A stretch of 64,000 bases of DNA from an uncultured Alphaproteobacteria bacterium (lineage in GTDB: Bacteria > Pseudomonadota > Alphaproteobacteria > Methylaequorales > Methylaequoraceae): the NCBI GenBank assembly GCA_902536655.1, contig CACAYF010000002.1, forward strand, positions 8,693 to 72,692. Direction: 5' to 3'. Positions 48,170-58,632 of the stretch are shown one piece after another (the stretch's first letter is position 1; every line of letters starts with the position of its first letter). The position numbers were made by a program, and so were the translations under genes. Below the pieces are notes generated by a model. It saw only the letters and a program-made list of their open reading frames with translations. It did not search any database and was not told the origin of the DNA.

Positions 48170-48924
48170 TGAACCTCACAATCGATATTGGGAATACAAA
48201 TGTGATGATTTGTATTTTTAAAAATAATCAAATTATTAAATGTAATAAAGTAAATGTAATAAATTTCTCAACAAAAAAACAATACAATTTTTTTAAAAAA
48301 CTTTTTTTGAAATATAAAATATTAAACGTACTTATTTCTTCAGTTGTACCAGGGATTTCAGAAAAATTTTTTGAAATATTTGACACATTAAAAGTTGATT
48401 TTTTTCAAATAAAAAATTTATTGAGAATCTGTAATTTAAAAACAAATATTAGGAATAAAAGTTCCATAGGTAACGATAGATTAATCAATATCATATACGC
48501 TAAACATTTATATGCAATATCGAAAGTCATAATTGATTTTGGTACTGCTACCACAATTGACGTTTTGGACAAACATGGTGTATATGACGGTGGTGTAATT
48601 ACTCCTGGAATTGATCTTTCTCTTAAATCTTTACAAATGGGAACAGCTAAACTTCCTCTTGTAACTTTTAAAAAAACAAATTCAATCGTGGGTAGAAGTA
48701 CTAAAGAGGCTATTCAATCTGGTTTTTTTTGGGGTTATGTGTCTATGGTACAAGGACTAATTCAAAAAATACAAAAAGAGAAGAAAACTAAGTTTAAAAT
48801 TATACTTACTGGAGGTAATGCTAAATTCTTTGAGGGGTGCTTTGAAAATGTTATTAAAATTGACGAATATTTTAACTCAAAAGGTTTAAATTATCTTACT
48901 AATACCTATTTTAAAAAGTTATGA
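48169..48924 (+). CDS. coaX: type III pantothenate kinase
   Basis: 251 aa. LTIDIGNTN (phosphate-1), IIDFGTATT, ILTGGNA. Acetate/sugar kinase fold. Confidence 0.85.
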   Translation: MNLTIDIGNTNVMICIFKNNQIIKCNKVNVINFSTKKQYNFFKKLFLKYKILNVLISSVVPGISEKFFEIFDTLKVDFFQIKNLLRICNLKTNIRNKSSIGNDRLINIIYAKHLYAISKVIIDFGTATTIDVLDKHGVYDGGVITPGIDLSLKSLQMGTAKLPLVTFKKTNSIVGRSTKEAIQSGFFWGYVSMVQGLIQKIQKEKKTKFKIILTGGNAKFFEGCFENVIKIDEYFNSKGLNYLTNTYFKKL

Positions 48925-50570
48925 ATTATACAAAAAAAGATCTTTTATATTTGCCCTTAGGTGGATCTGGCGAAATTGGAATGAACTGTAATTTATATCA
49001 CTATGAAGACAGATGGATCATGGTTGATTTAGGTGTTACTTTTAGTGATAACGATTCAAATAATTATGATTTAATAATGCCCAATATAGATTTTATTCTC
49101 GATAGGATCGATAAACTTTCAGCACTTATACTTACACACGCTCATGAGGATCATATTGGAGCAGTACCTTACTTAATAAAAAAACTAAATAATGTTCCAA
49201 TATATGCAACTTCATTTACCGCATCTGTATTAAAAAGAAAATTTGAGTCAGTTGGTTTTACAGATTATCAAATTAATTTAATGAAATATGGGAAGGAAAT
49301 ACTTATCGATGACTTTATTTTAGAAATTTTTTGTATGACTCATTCGATACCAGAATCTAACGCAATAATGATAAAAACCAAACAAGGGACTATCTTTCAT
49401 TCAGGTGATTGGAAACTTGATCCTCGTCCTTTGATTGGAAAACCATTAGATGAAAAAAATCTCAAAAATCTTATAAATGAAGGAGTCGATGTCATGGTTT
49501 GTGATTCAACAAACGTATTTGAAGTTAACTCTTCAGGAAGTGAAGCAGACGTAAGAGAGAATCTACAAAAAATATTTTCTGAAAAAAAAAGGGGAAAAAT
49601 TATCATAACCTGTTTTGCATCAAATGTTGCAAGAGTTGAAACTATTCTAAAAGTATCAAAAAACTCAAACAAATGTTGTTTATTTCTAGGTAGATCTTTA
49701 CAAAAAATAGTTGAGTCAGCAAAAGAGAACAATCTTTTGTTAGGATTTAATAATATTTTAACAGAAAAAGAAGCAGAAATGATTTCAGAAGACGATTTAG
49801 TTGTCATTTGTACAGGTAGTCAAGGAGAAAATAGAGCTGCATTGAGTAGACTTGTTGAGGGGAGGCATAGGTATTTTAAACTAGAAAAAAATGATACTGT
49901 AATTTTTTCTTCTAGAGAAATTCCAGGTAATGAAAAAAGAATAAATCAGATCAAATCAGTTGTTTCAAGGAATGGTTGTACTCTTCTAGACGACTCTAAT
50001 GCTGAAGTTCATGTTTCTGGTCATCCATCAAGGGGTGAACTAAAAAAAATGTACGACTTGGTTCTTCCAGATATGTTGATTCCAATTCATGGAGAATACA
50101 GACATCTAAGTGAGCATATAAAATTTGCAAAAAGTTGTGGAATTAAAAATCAAATGCTAGTTGAAAATGGAGATCTTGTTAAATTAAGTAAACATTCAAC
50201 GAAGTGTATTGTGAGCAAAGTGCAAAGTGGTAGAAATGTTTTAAAGGGTAACAGAATTATTCCAATTGATCACAAGTTATTAAAAGATTTAGATTTTATT
50301 TCCAGTAACGGCGAGGTGTTTGTTAATTTGATAATGAGTATTCAGGATAGACTGTTAGCTGATCCAGTAATTTATAGTAAATCAATATTGTTGGAGGAAA
50401 GTAATAAAAATGAACTTAGCCAAATTCTATCCGATTCTATTAAGAGTTTATCTAACAAGTCTATCGATGACGAGGTTTTATGTAATGAAATTAAAATTCA
50501 AATAAGAGGGTACTTAAAAGATAAAATTGGATTAAAACCTCTAACCTGTGTTGAGATTGTTAGGATTTAG
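48921..50570 (+). CDS. rnj: ribonuclease J (metallo-beta-lactamase/beta-CASP)
   Basis: 549 aa. THAHEDHIGA (HxHxDH), beta-CASP region, HVSGH. Confidence 0.85.
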   Translation: MNYTKKDLLYLPLGGSGEIGMNCNLYHYEDRWIMVDLGVTFSDNDSNNYDLIMPNIDFILDRIDKLSALILTHAHEDHIGAVPYLIKKLNNVPIYATSFTASVLKRKFESVGFTDYQINLMKYGKEILIDDFILEIFCMTHSIPESNAIMIKTKQGTIFHSGDWKLDPRPLIGKPLDEKNLKNLINEGVDVMVCDSTNVFEVNSSGSEADVRENLQKIFSEKKRGKIIITCFASNVARVETILKVSKNSNKCCLFLGRSLQKIVESAKENNLLLGFNNILTEKEAEMISEDDLVVICTGSQGENRAALSRLVEGRHRYFKLEKNDTVIFSSREIPGNEKRINQIKSVVSRNGCTLLDDSNAEVHVSGHPSRGELKKMYDLVLPDMLIPIHGEYRHLSEHIKFAKSCGIKNQMLVENGDLVKLSKHSTKCIVSKVQSGRNVLKGNRIIPIDHKLLKDLDFISSNGEVFVNLIMSIQDRLLADPVIYSKSILLEESNKNELSQILSDSIKSLSNKSIDDEVLCNEIKIQIRGYLKDKIGLKPLTCVEIVRI

Positions 50571-50584
50571 ATTATAATACTCCA

Positions 50585-50989
50585 ATGATTACAAAATTTA
50601 ACCACGTTGCTATAGTTGTTCCAGACTTAAATGCTGCAAAAAAAAAATATAAAGAAGTGTTAGGTGCTAAAGTTTCTAAAATTTCTAATTATGTTGAGCA
50701 TGGCGTGAGTGTTGTATTTGTAGAATTAGAAAATACAAAAATTGAACTTATGCATCCTTATGGAAATAAATCTCCAATTAGTAAGTTTTTAGAAAATAAC
50801 AAAAACGGATCAATTCATCATATATGTATTGAAGTAAAGGACATCAAAAAATCAGTTGAGAAACTCAAGAAATATAGAATAAGAATATTAGGTGATGAAA
50901 CACCTAAAAACGGAGCTCACAACAAACCAGTAATTTTCTTACACCCAAAAGACTTCTATGGTACATTAATAGAGCTTGAACAGGAGTAG
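50585..50989 (+). CDS. mce: methylmalonyl-CoA epimerase (VOC/glyoxalase fold)
   Basis: 134 aa. FNHVAIVVPDL, IHHICIEV.DI, LHPKD..G.LIELEQ. Confidence 0.8.
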   Translation: MITKFNHVAIVVPDLNAAKKKYKEVLGAKVSKISNYVEHGVSVVFVELENTKIELMHPYGNKSPISKFLENNKNGSIHHICIEVKDIKKSVEKLKKYRIRILGDETPKNGAHNKPVIFLHPKDFYGTLIELEQE

Positions 50990-50991
50990 GT

Positions 50992-51210
50992 TTGTTCGGT
51001 CTTGAAATAATAGTAATATTTGTTGTGATCTGGTGGTTAGTATTATTTACTATTCTTCCTTTAGGTATTCAAAAAGAGGATAAAATATTAGGGGGGAATG
51101 ATCCAGGTGCTCCAAAAAATCCGATGTTAAAAAAAAAAATAATTCTAACATCAATTATTTCATTTTTCTTATCCATTATAGTATCTTTTATAAAAAATGA
51201 AATTCTCTAA
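50992..51210 (+). CDS. DUF1467-like small membrane protein
   Basis: 72 aa, two TM segments flanking GNDPGAPKNP. The conserved position between mce and proS is typical of alphaproteobacteria. TTG start. Confidence 0.6.
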   Translation: MFGLEIIVIFVVIWWLVLFTILPLGIQKEDKILGGNDPGAPKNPMLKKKIILTSIISFFLSIIVSFIKNEIL

Positions 51211-52486
51211 TTTTTTTATACCGACACTCAAAGAATCATCCAGTGATGTGAAAATGCGTTCTCATGATTTAATGATAAGGTCAGGAATGATAAGGCAAGA
51301 AACATCAGGAATATATAGTTGGATGCCTTTAGGATTTAGAGTATTAAAAAAAATTATCGATAAAATTGAATTTTTACATGATGAAAAAGGAATTAATCAA
51401 ATTTTAATGCCTACAATTCAGAGTTCAGATATCTGGAGGATAAGTAATCGCTATGATACCTATGGAAAAGAAATGTTGAGAATTATTGACAGAAATAACA
51501 AAGACCTTCTATATGGGCCTACCAATGAGGAAATGATTACAGCAATAGGGAAGCAATATATTAAAAGTTACAAAAACCTTCCTAGAAGATTTTATCATAT
51601 CCAGACAAAATTTAGAGACGAGATTAGGCCTAGATATGGTGTAATGAGAGCAAGAGAATTTTTAATGAAAGATGCATACAGCTTTGATATTGACGAAGTT
51701 AATGGAGAGAATACTTATTGCGATTTTTTTAAACTTTATTTAAAGATTTTTAGTCAACTTGGCATTCCGGTTATACCAGTTAGAGCTCCAAGTGGAGAAA
51801 TCGGTGGCAACTTATCCCATGAATTTCATTTAGTTGTTCGCACAGGTGAATCAGAAATTTTTTTAGACAGTAAACTTTTAGATCAAAGTTGTGAGAATTT
51901 TGAATTAGATCAAATCTTAAGTTTAAATTCATATACAGACGACTATTTTAAAGAAATAGAAAATAAGAAAAATCTTGAAAAATTTAAAAGTATTGAACTA
52001 GGACATATTTTTTTATTTGGAACTAAATACTCAAGCTCGTTTAACTTCAATGTTGATTCTGAAAATGGAAAATTTATGCCGTTTATGGGTTCATATGGAA
52101 TTGGAATTTCAAGAATACCGGCCGCGGTTATAGAACTTTCAAATGACAATGACGGTATCATATGGCCTAAAGCAATATCACCGTTTTCAGTGCATCTGAT
52201 TAATTTAAATGTTGACGATACTGAGTGTTCAGAGTTTTGCGAAAAATTTTACAAAGAAATTAAGTCAAGAGATATCGATATACTTTATGACGATAGAAAT
52301 GAAAGACCTGGAAAAAAGTTTTCTGACGCTGATTTAATTGGAATTCCATTACAGGTTATTTGCGGCAATTCTTTTAAAAAGTGCCGTGAGCTAAGTATCT
52401 TAAAAAGGTCAAATAAAGATCAAATTGATATTGGTGTTGGAAAAGCAATAAAAAAAATTATTGAGATGATTGGATGGAATGAATGA
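51197..52486 (+). CDS. proS: proline--tRNA ligase (short alphaproteobacterial form lacking the INS editing domain)
   Basis: 429 aa. FIPTLKE....V.SH.LMIRSGMIRQ..SGIYSW.PLG, class II motifs (FRDE.RPR.G..R.REF.MKDAYSF, GSYGIGISR). Confidence 0.9.
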   Translation: MKFSNFFIPTLKESSSDVKMRSHDLMIRSGMIRQETSGIYSWMPLGFRVLKKIIDKIEFLHDEKGINQILMPTIQSSDIWRISNRYDTYGKEMLRIIDRNNKDLLYGPTNEEMITAIGKQYIKSYKNLPRRFYHIQTKFRDEIRPRYGVMRAREFLMKDAYSFDIDEVNGENTYCDFFKLYLKIFSQLGIPVIPVRAPSGEIGGNLSHEFHLVVRTGESEIFLDSKLLDQSCENFELDQILSLNSYTDDYFKEIENKKNLEKFKSIELGHIFLFGTKYSSSFNFNVDSENGKFMPFMGSYGIGISRIPAAVIELSNDNDGIIWPKAISPFSVHLINLNVDDTECSEFCEKFYKEIKSRDIDILYDDRNERPGKKFSDADLIGIPLQVICGNSFKKCRELSILKRSNKDQIDIGVGKAIKKIIEMIGWNE

Positions 52487-53730
52487 TTTCTATTTTTGAG
52501 ATATGGATTTCCTTAAAATATCTTTTTCCAAAAACAAAAGAAAAATTCTTCTCAGTTGTAACACTCTTTTCTTTTCTAGGAATTTCATTGGGGGTTGCTA
52601 CCTTGATTATAGTAATGTCTGTAATGAATGGCTTTAGAGAGGAACTTACATCTAAAGTTTTGGGTATTAATGGCCATTTAAAGATAAAGGCAACGTTCAG
52701 TGGTGGGTTAAAAATTGATTCGCAATTGCCACAAAAAATAGCCGAATCCAATAAAAGTTTGCTCATACATAAAGTTGTAGAAAGTCAGGGGTTATTGAAT
52801 TTTAATAAATATTCAAGCGGAGTGTTAATTAAAGGGGTAACAGAAAACTTTTTCCTAGAAAGAAATATTTTTACAAAATCAATTTCAAGCGAATCTATAA
52901 ATGATTTCAAGAATAATAGAGGAATTTTCGTAGGAGAGAAGTTAAAAAAAAAACTTGGTCTTAATATTGGAGATTATTTGACAATTTTATCATCACAAAG
53001 TTATGAAACTATTTTCGGGAATCTTCCAAGGTCAGCAAATTTTAAGATTATCGGTTTTTTTAATATTGGTATGTATGAATATGATATGTCCTTAGTTCTT
53101 ATGCCAATTAATTTACTTCAAAAGTTTTTAGATAATAATAAAAGAATTGATCATTACGAAATTGTTATTGATAATTTTAGCGACGTGGAATTAATTAAAA
53201 CAAATTTAGAACAAATCATTCCAGATTATCTAAGAATTGTAGACTGGCGTGAATTAAATCCTTCTTTATTTAATGCAATAGAAGTAGAGAGAAATGTTAT
53301 GTTTTTGATACTTTTATTAATAATCCTTGTTGCTGCATTTAATTTAATTTCTTCAATGATGATCTTAGTTTCTAATAAAAAAAAAGATATTGGAGTCTTG
53401 AGAGTATTAGGTATTTCAAACTTTCAGCTTTTAAGAATTTTTATTTTAAATGGTTTTCTAATCGGTTTTCTTGGAACTATTCTCGGTGTTTTAATAGGAT
53501 TGTCATTTTGTTTAAATATAAATGAAATAAAAAGTTTTATTGAATTTTTTACTGGATCAAACTTATTCTCTGAAGAAATTTATTTTTTTTCAAATCTACC
53601 AATAATTATAAATAGTTCACAGATAATAAAAATATGTAGTATTTCTTTATTTTTATCTTTTGTAGCAACAATTTATCCTTCTATAAAAGCAACGAAAGTA
53701 GAACCAATAAATTTAATTAAATGGGATTAA
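52483..53730 (+). CDS. lolE: lipoprotein-releasing system transmembrane subunit (LolC/E family)
   Basis: 415 aa. FE.WISLKYL......F.S....S.LGISLGVATLIIVMSVMNGF. MacB-like periplasmic domain and C-terminal FtsX 3-TM bundle. Confidence 0.8.
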   Translation: MISIFEIWISLKYLFPKTKEKFFSVVTLFSFLGISLGVATLIIVMSVMNGFREELTSKVLGINGHLKIKATFSGGLKIDSQLPQKIAESNKSLLIHKVVESQGLLNFNKYSSGVLIKGVTENFFLERNIFTKSISSESINDFKNNRGIFVGEKLKKKLGLNIGDYLTILSSQSYETIFGNLPRSANFKIIGFFNIGMYEYDMSLVLMPINLLQKFLDNNKRIDHYEIVIDNFSDVELIKTNLEQIIPDYLRIVDWRELNPSLFNAIEVERNVMFLILLLIILVAAFNLISSMMILVSNKKKDIGVLRVLGISNFQLLRIFILNGFLIGFLGTILGVLIGLSFCLNINEIKSFIEFFTGSNLFSEEIYFFSNLPIIINSSQIIKICSISLFLSFVATIYPSIKATKVEPINLIKWD

Positions 53731-53731
53731 G

Positions 53732-54409
53732 TTGATATCACTAAACAACATAGATAAAGAATATTTACAAGGAGAAACCAATGTAAAAGTCTTAAATAAG
53801 CTTAGTCTAATTGTTAACAATAAGGAAAACGTTGGTATAATTGGTCCCTCAGGTTCAGGAAAAACTACCTTATTAAACTTAATTGGACTTTTGGAGCAGC
53901 CATCATCAGGTGATATTAAAATTTGTAATGTTGATTTTAATAATTTAAAAAATGAAGAAAAAGTAATTTTTAGAAAAGAAAATATAGGTTATATTTTTCA
54001 AAATAACCAACTTTTAGAAGATTTTAACGTTGAAGAAAACGTAGCTTTGCCGCTTCTAATGAATGGAAATTCATTTAGAAGTTCAATTTCTAAAGCTAAT
54101 GATTATTTGCACCTTCTCGGAATTGAGGATAGAAATAAGTTTAAACCTGGATTATTATCTGGAGGCGAACAGCAAAGGGTTGCAATAGCGAGGGCTTTAA
54201 TTAAAAACCCAAAAATTTTGCTGGCTGATGAACCTACAGGAAGTCTGGATAACGAAAATACAAAAATTGTTTTTAATTTTATTAGAAAATTGTCTAAAGA
54301 AAATAAAATCATAACTGTTTTTGCAACGCACAATCTAAATTTAGTTAAGCTATTAGATAAATGCTTTTTGATGGAAGGAGGCAGATTAATTGATTTCAAA
54401 AATAAATAG
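53732..54409 (+). CDS. lolD: lipoprotein-releasing system ATP-binding protein
   Basis: Walker A GPSGSGKTT, signature LSGGEQQRVAIARAL, Walker B LLADEPTG. TTG start. Confidence 0.85.
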   Translation: MISLNNIDKEYLQGETNVKVLNKLSLIVNNKENVGIIGPSGSGKTTLLNLIGLLEQPSSGDIKICNVDFNNLKNEEKVIFRKENIGYIFQNNQLLEDFNVEENVALPLLMNGNSFRSSISKANDYLHLLGIEDRNKFKPGLLSGGEQQRVAIARALIKNPKILLADEPTGSLDNENTKIVFNFIRKLSKENKIITVFATHNLNLVKLLDKCFLMEGGRLIDFKNK

Positions 54410-57400
54410 ATTCATTCATTTAAGAAATTACACTCAATATTCTTTGTCTATGGGAGCATTAAGAATAAACCAATTAATAGATTTTTGTAAAAAGGAAAAT
54501 ATTCCAGCTGCTGCAATAACTGACTTTAACAACCTTTTTGGCTCCCTTGAATTTTGTATTGAATGTAAAAAATCGGGGATTCAACCAATCATAGGGCTTA
54601 ACTTATCAGTAAGAGCAAATGGATTTAAAGATGGAAATATTTTATTATTTTGTAAAAATGAAAGGGGTTATAGGAACTTAGTTAATTTGGTAACAAAAGC
54701 TCATTTAAACAACTCTAAGTCAAATATTCCAGTTACATCACTGCCTCAAATTTTAAATCGTAAGGACGGTTTAATTTGTTTAGCTGGTGGTGTTAATGGA
54801 ATCATAACTAAGAATTTTGAAGAAAACCATAGTTTATCTGATCTATTAATTGAAATATTTAAAGATAATTTCTCAGATAACTTTTTTTTAGAAATTCAAA
54901 GATATAAAAATTTGAACATTCAAGATCACGAAAATTATTTGATTACAAAATCTTTAAATAAAGAAATACCAATTGTTGCTACAAATGAGAATTTTTATTT
55001 AGATAAGAGTTATTTTAATACACATGATGCATTACTTAGTATTGCTCAACAGAAATACATTGAGAGCGAAGATAGATTAAAAAGTAATGATGAATTTTAT
55101 CTTAAAAGTGTTGATGAAATGAATAAACTTTTTCATGATATGCCTTATGCTCTTGAAAATAGTGTTATTTTTTCTAAGAAGTGTTCATTTTATTTAGAGG
55201 AAAGACCACCTTCTTTACCCAAAATTAAGTTAAAAAATATTGACGAAAACACATTATTAAAAAAAGAATCGATAAGCGGATTACAAAAAAAAATAGGAAA
55301 AGCTGAAACCATAAAAAAAAAATACCTTGATAGACTAAATTTTGAAATTGATGTGATAACAAAGATGGGCTACTCAAGCTATTTCCTAATAGTTTCTGAT
55401 TTTATCAAATGGGCAAAACAAAATAATATTCCAGTTGGACCTGGAAGAGGATCTGGAGCTGGATCCCTAGTTGCTTGGTGTCTTCAAATTACAGATCTTG
55501 ATCCAATAAAATTTGGTCTTATTTTTGAGAGATTTTTAAATCCAGAAAGAATATCTTTACCAGATTTTGATATTGATTTTTGTATGGAAAAAAGGGATGA
55601 AGTAATTAGATATGTTCAAAAAAAATACGGTGAGTTAAATGTTGCTCAGATTATAACTTTTGGCTCTTTTCAAGCACGTGCAGCCTTGAGAGATGTTGGA
55701 CGGGTAATGCAACTTCCTTTGACTCAAGTTGATAATATATGCAAACTAATCCCATACAATCCTGCAAACCCTGTTAGTCTAAAACAGTTAGTTAAAGATG
55801 ATAATCAAATAAAAAAAATGATAAATACTGATAAAAAATTACGAATATTATTTGAAATATCTTCTAATCTAGAGGGTTTGTTTAGACATGCATCAACACA
55901 TGCTGCAGGGATTGTTATTGCAGAAAATCCTTTGGACAATCAAATCCCATTGTATAAAGATCCAAAATCAGAAATTCCAGTTACACAATTTTCAATGAAA
56001 TATGTAGAAAAGATTGGGTTGATAAAATTTGATTTTTTAGGTTTAAAAACATTAACAGTAATTGATGAAACATTAAAAATATTAAGAAAAAAAAGATCAA
56101 TTAATATTGATATTGGCAATATAAATCTAAATGATGCAAAAACTTATAAAATGTTAAAAGATGGTTTTACAACTGGTGTTTTTCAGTTGGAAGGACAAGG
56201 AATGCGCGACACGATAATTAAAATACAACCGGATCGTTTTGAGGATTTAATTGCTATTGTTTCACTTTACCGTCCTGGTCCGATGGATAATATTCCAACT
56301 TATATAAACCGAAAACAAAAAAAAGAGAGTTATAGTTATATTCATGATGATTTAAATGAAATTTTAGATGAGACCTATGGAATAATGGTTTATCAAGAAC
56401 AAGTTATGTTAATCGCACAAAAACTGGCCGGATTTAGTTTGGCAAAAGCTGATTTATTACGACGAGCTATGGGGAAAAAAATTAAATCTGAGATGGCTGC
56501 TCAGAGAGAAGCGTTCATAAGTGGAACAAAAAAAAATATGATTGATTCAGATAAAGCTTCAGAATTATTTGACGAAATAGCGAAATTTGCTGGATATGGT
56601 TTTAATAAGAGTCATGCTGCAGCTTATGCAATGATTGCGTATCAAACTGCATTTCTTAAATCAAACTATCCTCTTGAATTCTTATGTGCGTTGATGAATT
56701 GTGATATCAATAATTTTGATAAACTTTCAGTATATTGTAATGAAGTAAAAAAATTAGGTTTTGAAATTATTAGACCAGATGTTAACTCCTCGGAAACAAA
56801 TTTTACGGTAAACTACGATAATTTTAATAACCCAAAGTCTATTAAATTCGGCTTGGCGGCTATCAAAAATGTTGGTGGTGCATCAATTGATGAATTAGTT
56901 AATGAAAGAAAAAATAACGGTCCTTTTAAAAATCTAATTGATTTACTCAAAAGAGTATCAAACACTGTTCTTAATAGAAAAGTATTAGAAGCTTTGATAT
57001 TCTCAAATTCTCTTAGGTCAATAGAAAATAATCAAAAGTCACTTTGTGATAGCATTGATAAAATTATAATGTACAATTCAAATTTTCATAAAAACTTTCA
57101 TGAAAACCAATCAATTCTTTTTCCTGAATCTGACGATTCACATCAAATATTAATTAAAAATAATAAAGATTGGGATCTAAATAAAAAATTAGAAAAGGAA
57201 ATTGATGCTTTCGGTTTTTATTTATCTGAACATCCAACTAAAATTTATAAAAAAATATTTAGTAAAAATGAAATTTTTGATTTAGATTTTCTTAACTCTA
57301 ATAATGTAGAAAATTATTCAGGTGCTACAAAAAGATTTGTTGTTATCTTAAATTCTATAAATGAAAGAATAACAAAAATGGGTAAAAAATTTTGTTTTTT

Positions 57401-57806
57401 TAACATTGGTGACGATTCTTGTAATTTTGATGTAATTTGTTTTTCTGAAGTTCTTCAAAAATTAGATTTTGAATTAAAGGTTGGTGAAATGTATTTCTTT
57501 AAGATTACGCAGCAATTAATGAGAGATACATTAAGGTGTGTTGTAAGTGATATAAAAAAAACCAATAAGTTAGAAAATAATAGTTTTAAGTATAATGTTT
57601 TTTTTGATTCAAATAAATTGGATCTAAAAAAATTTGAAAATCTAATAAAAAATAGTGTAAATGGAAGAAATAAAATTTCTTTTTTCTTAATTCATAATAA
57701 TAAAAAAATAAAAATTAAAAGTTTAGAAAATTTTAATGTTGATTTAAATTTCATGGATAAAATTAATTCAATCAATGGAATAATTGATGTTCAGCAATTT
57801 AATTAA
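54390..57806 (+). CDS. dnaE: DNA polymerase III alpha subunit
   Basis: 1138 aa. PHP N-terminus FIHLRNYTQYSL (His ligands partly lost, cf. E. coli HLRVHS), palm PDFDIDF, FDFLGLKTL, LYRPGPM, fingers YGFNKSHAAAY. 20-nt overlap with lolD. Confidence 0.95.
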   Translation: MISKINRFIHLRNYTQYSLSMGALRINQLIDFCKKENIPAAAITDFNNLFGSLEFCIECKKSGIQPIIGLNLSVRANGFKDGNILLFCKNERGYRNLVNLVTKAHLNNSKSNIPVTSLPQILNRKDGLICLAGGVNGIITKNFEENHSLSDLLIEIFKDNFSDNFFLEIQRYKNLNIQDHENYLITKSLNKEIPIVATNENFYLDKSYFNTHDALLSIAQQKYIESEDRLKSNDEFYLKSVDEMNKLFHDMPYALENSVIFSKKCSFYLEERPPSLPKIKLKNIDENTLLKKESISGLQKKIGKAETIKKKYLDRLNFEIDVITKMGYSSYFLIVSDFIKWAKQNNIPVGPGRGSGAGSLVAWCLQITDLDPIKFGLIFERFLNPERISLPDFDIDFCMEKRDEVIRYVQKKYGELNVAQIITFGSFQARAALRDVGRVMQLPLTQVDNICKLIPYNPANPVSLKQLVKDDNQIKKMINTDKKLRILFEISSNLEGLFRHASTHAAGIVIAENPLDNQIPLYKDPKSEIPVTQFSMKYVEKIGLIKFDFLGLKTLTVIDETLKILRKKRSINIDIGNINLNDAKTYKMLKDGFTTGVFQLEGQGMRDTIIKIQPDRFEDLIAIVSLYRPGPMDNIPTYINRKQKKESYSYIHDDLNEILDETYGIMVYQEQVMLIAQKLAGFSLAKADLLRRAMGKKIKSEMAAQREAFISGTKKNMIDSDKASELFDEIAKFAGYGFNKSHAAAYAMIAYQTAFLKSNYPLEFLCALMNCDINNFDKLSVYCNEVKKLGFEIIRPDVNSSETNFTVNYDNFNNPKSIKFGLAAIKNVGGASIDELVNERKNNGPFKNLIDLLKRVSNTVLNRKVLEALIFSNSLRSIENNQKSLCDSIDKIIMYNSNFHKNFHENQSILFPESDDSHQILIKNNKDWDLNKKLEKEIDAFGFYLSEHPTKIYKKIFSKNEIFDLDFLNSNNVENYSGATKRFVVILNSINERITKMGKKFCFFNIGDDSCNFDVICFSEVLQKLDFELKVGEMYFFKITQQLMRDTLRCVVSDIKKTNKLENNSFKYNVFFDSNKLDLKKFENLIKNSVNGRNKISFFLIHNNKKIKIKSLENFNVDLNFMDKINSINGIIDVQQFN

Positions 57807-57859
57807 ATTTATTGTTGAATTTTCCTGTTGTAAGTTGTAAGAATACTTTAAATTTCAAA

Positions 57860-57892
57860 CATGTGACAACTCTGGTGTTTTCCTGTCGCATG
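57860..57892 (+). promoter_or_regulatory. structured 5' leader hairpin upstream of rpsB
   Basis: CATGTGACA-(15 nt loop)-TGTCGCATG: 9-bp stem with one G:U pair, in a locally GC-enriched patch of the 107-nt dnaE-rpsB spacer. SD GGAGG at 57904-57908. Confidence 0.45.
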
Positions 57893-57913
57893 CGAGTTTA
57901 ACCGGAGGTTATT

Positions 57914-58624
57914 ATGAAAAACATTTCTATAAAAGATCTTTTAGACGCGGGTATCCATTTTGGTCATAGAACTAATAGGTGGAACCCCAAAATGTCAGAT
58001 TTCATTTTTGGTCATCGTAATGGCATTCACATCATCGATTTACAACAAACCTTAACTTTCCTAAAAAATGCTTTAAAAATTGTAGAGAATTTTGCTAAAG
58101 AAGGAAAAAACATTCTATTTATTGGTACCAAAAGGCAAGCTTCTGATATAATTGAAAGATATGCTATTGATTGTAAACAGTTTTTTATCAACAAAAGATG
58201 GCTCGGTGGTATGTTAACAAATTGGGACACCATTCAGAACTCAATAAAAAAACTAAAAGACTTAGAAGAAATTCTTTTGAATAAAAGCAATTCATACACA
58301 AAAAAAGAGCTTTTGATGTTCGAAAATTCCGTAGAAAAACTTAATAAAGCATTAGGAGGAATTAAAAATATGTCTGGTAAACCAGACCTATTGTTTATAA
58401 TTGACACTAATAAAGAAGTTTTAGCAGTTAAGGAAGCTAATAAAATAGGTATTCCAATTGTGGCTGTGGTTGATTCAAACTCAAACCCTGAGGGTATTGA
58501 TTACCCAATACCTGGTAATGACGACGCAATAAGGTCAATCGAGTACTATTGTAGTGCAGTTTCTGTAGCAATTAAAAATGCAAAAAACGAAAATGAACAA
58601 GAAAAGCTTGAATCCAAAAGTTAG
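57914..58624 (+). CDS. rpsB: 30S ribosomal protein S2
   Basis: LL.AG.HFGH.T.RWNPKM..FIFG.RNGIHIIDL..T. Confidence 0.95.
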   Translation: MKNISIKDLLDAGIHFGHRTNRWNPKMSDFIFGHRNGIHIIDLQQTLTFLKNALKIVENFAKEGKNILFIGTKRQASDIIERYAIDCKQFFINKRWLGGMLTNWDTIQNSIKKLKDLEEILLNKSNSYTKKELLMFENSVEKLNKALGGIKNMSGKPDLLFIIDTNKEVLAVKEANKIGIPIVAVVDSNSNPEGIDYPIPGNDDAIRSIEYYCSAVSVAIKNAKNENEQEKLESKS

Positions 58625-58632
58625 TTGATAAA

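Noticed and set aside
57828-57841. Tandem TTGTAAG-TTGTAAG just after dnaE
   Set aside because: There are only two copies of a 7-mer, with no further periodicity. Insufficient to call a repeat element.
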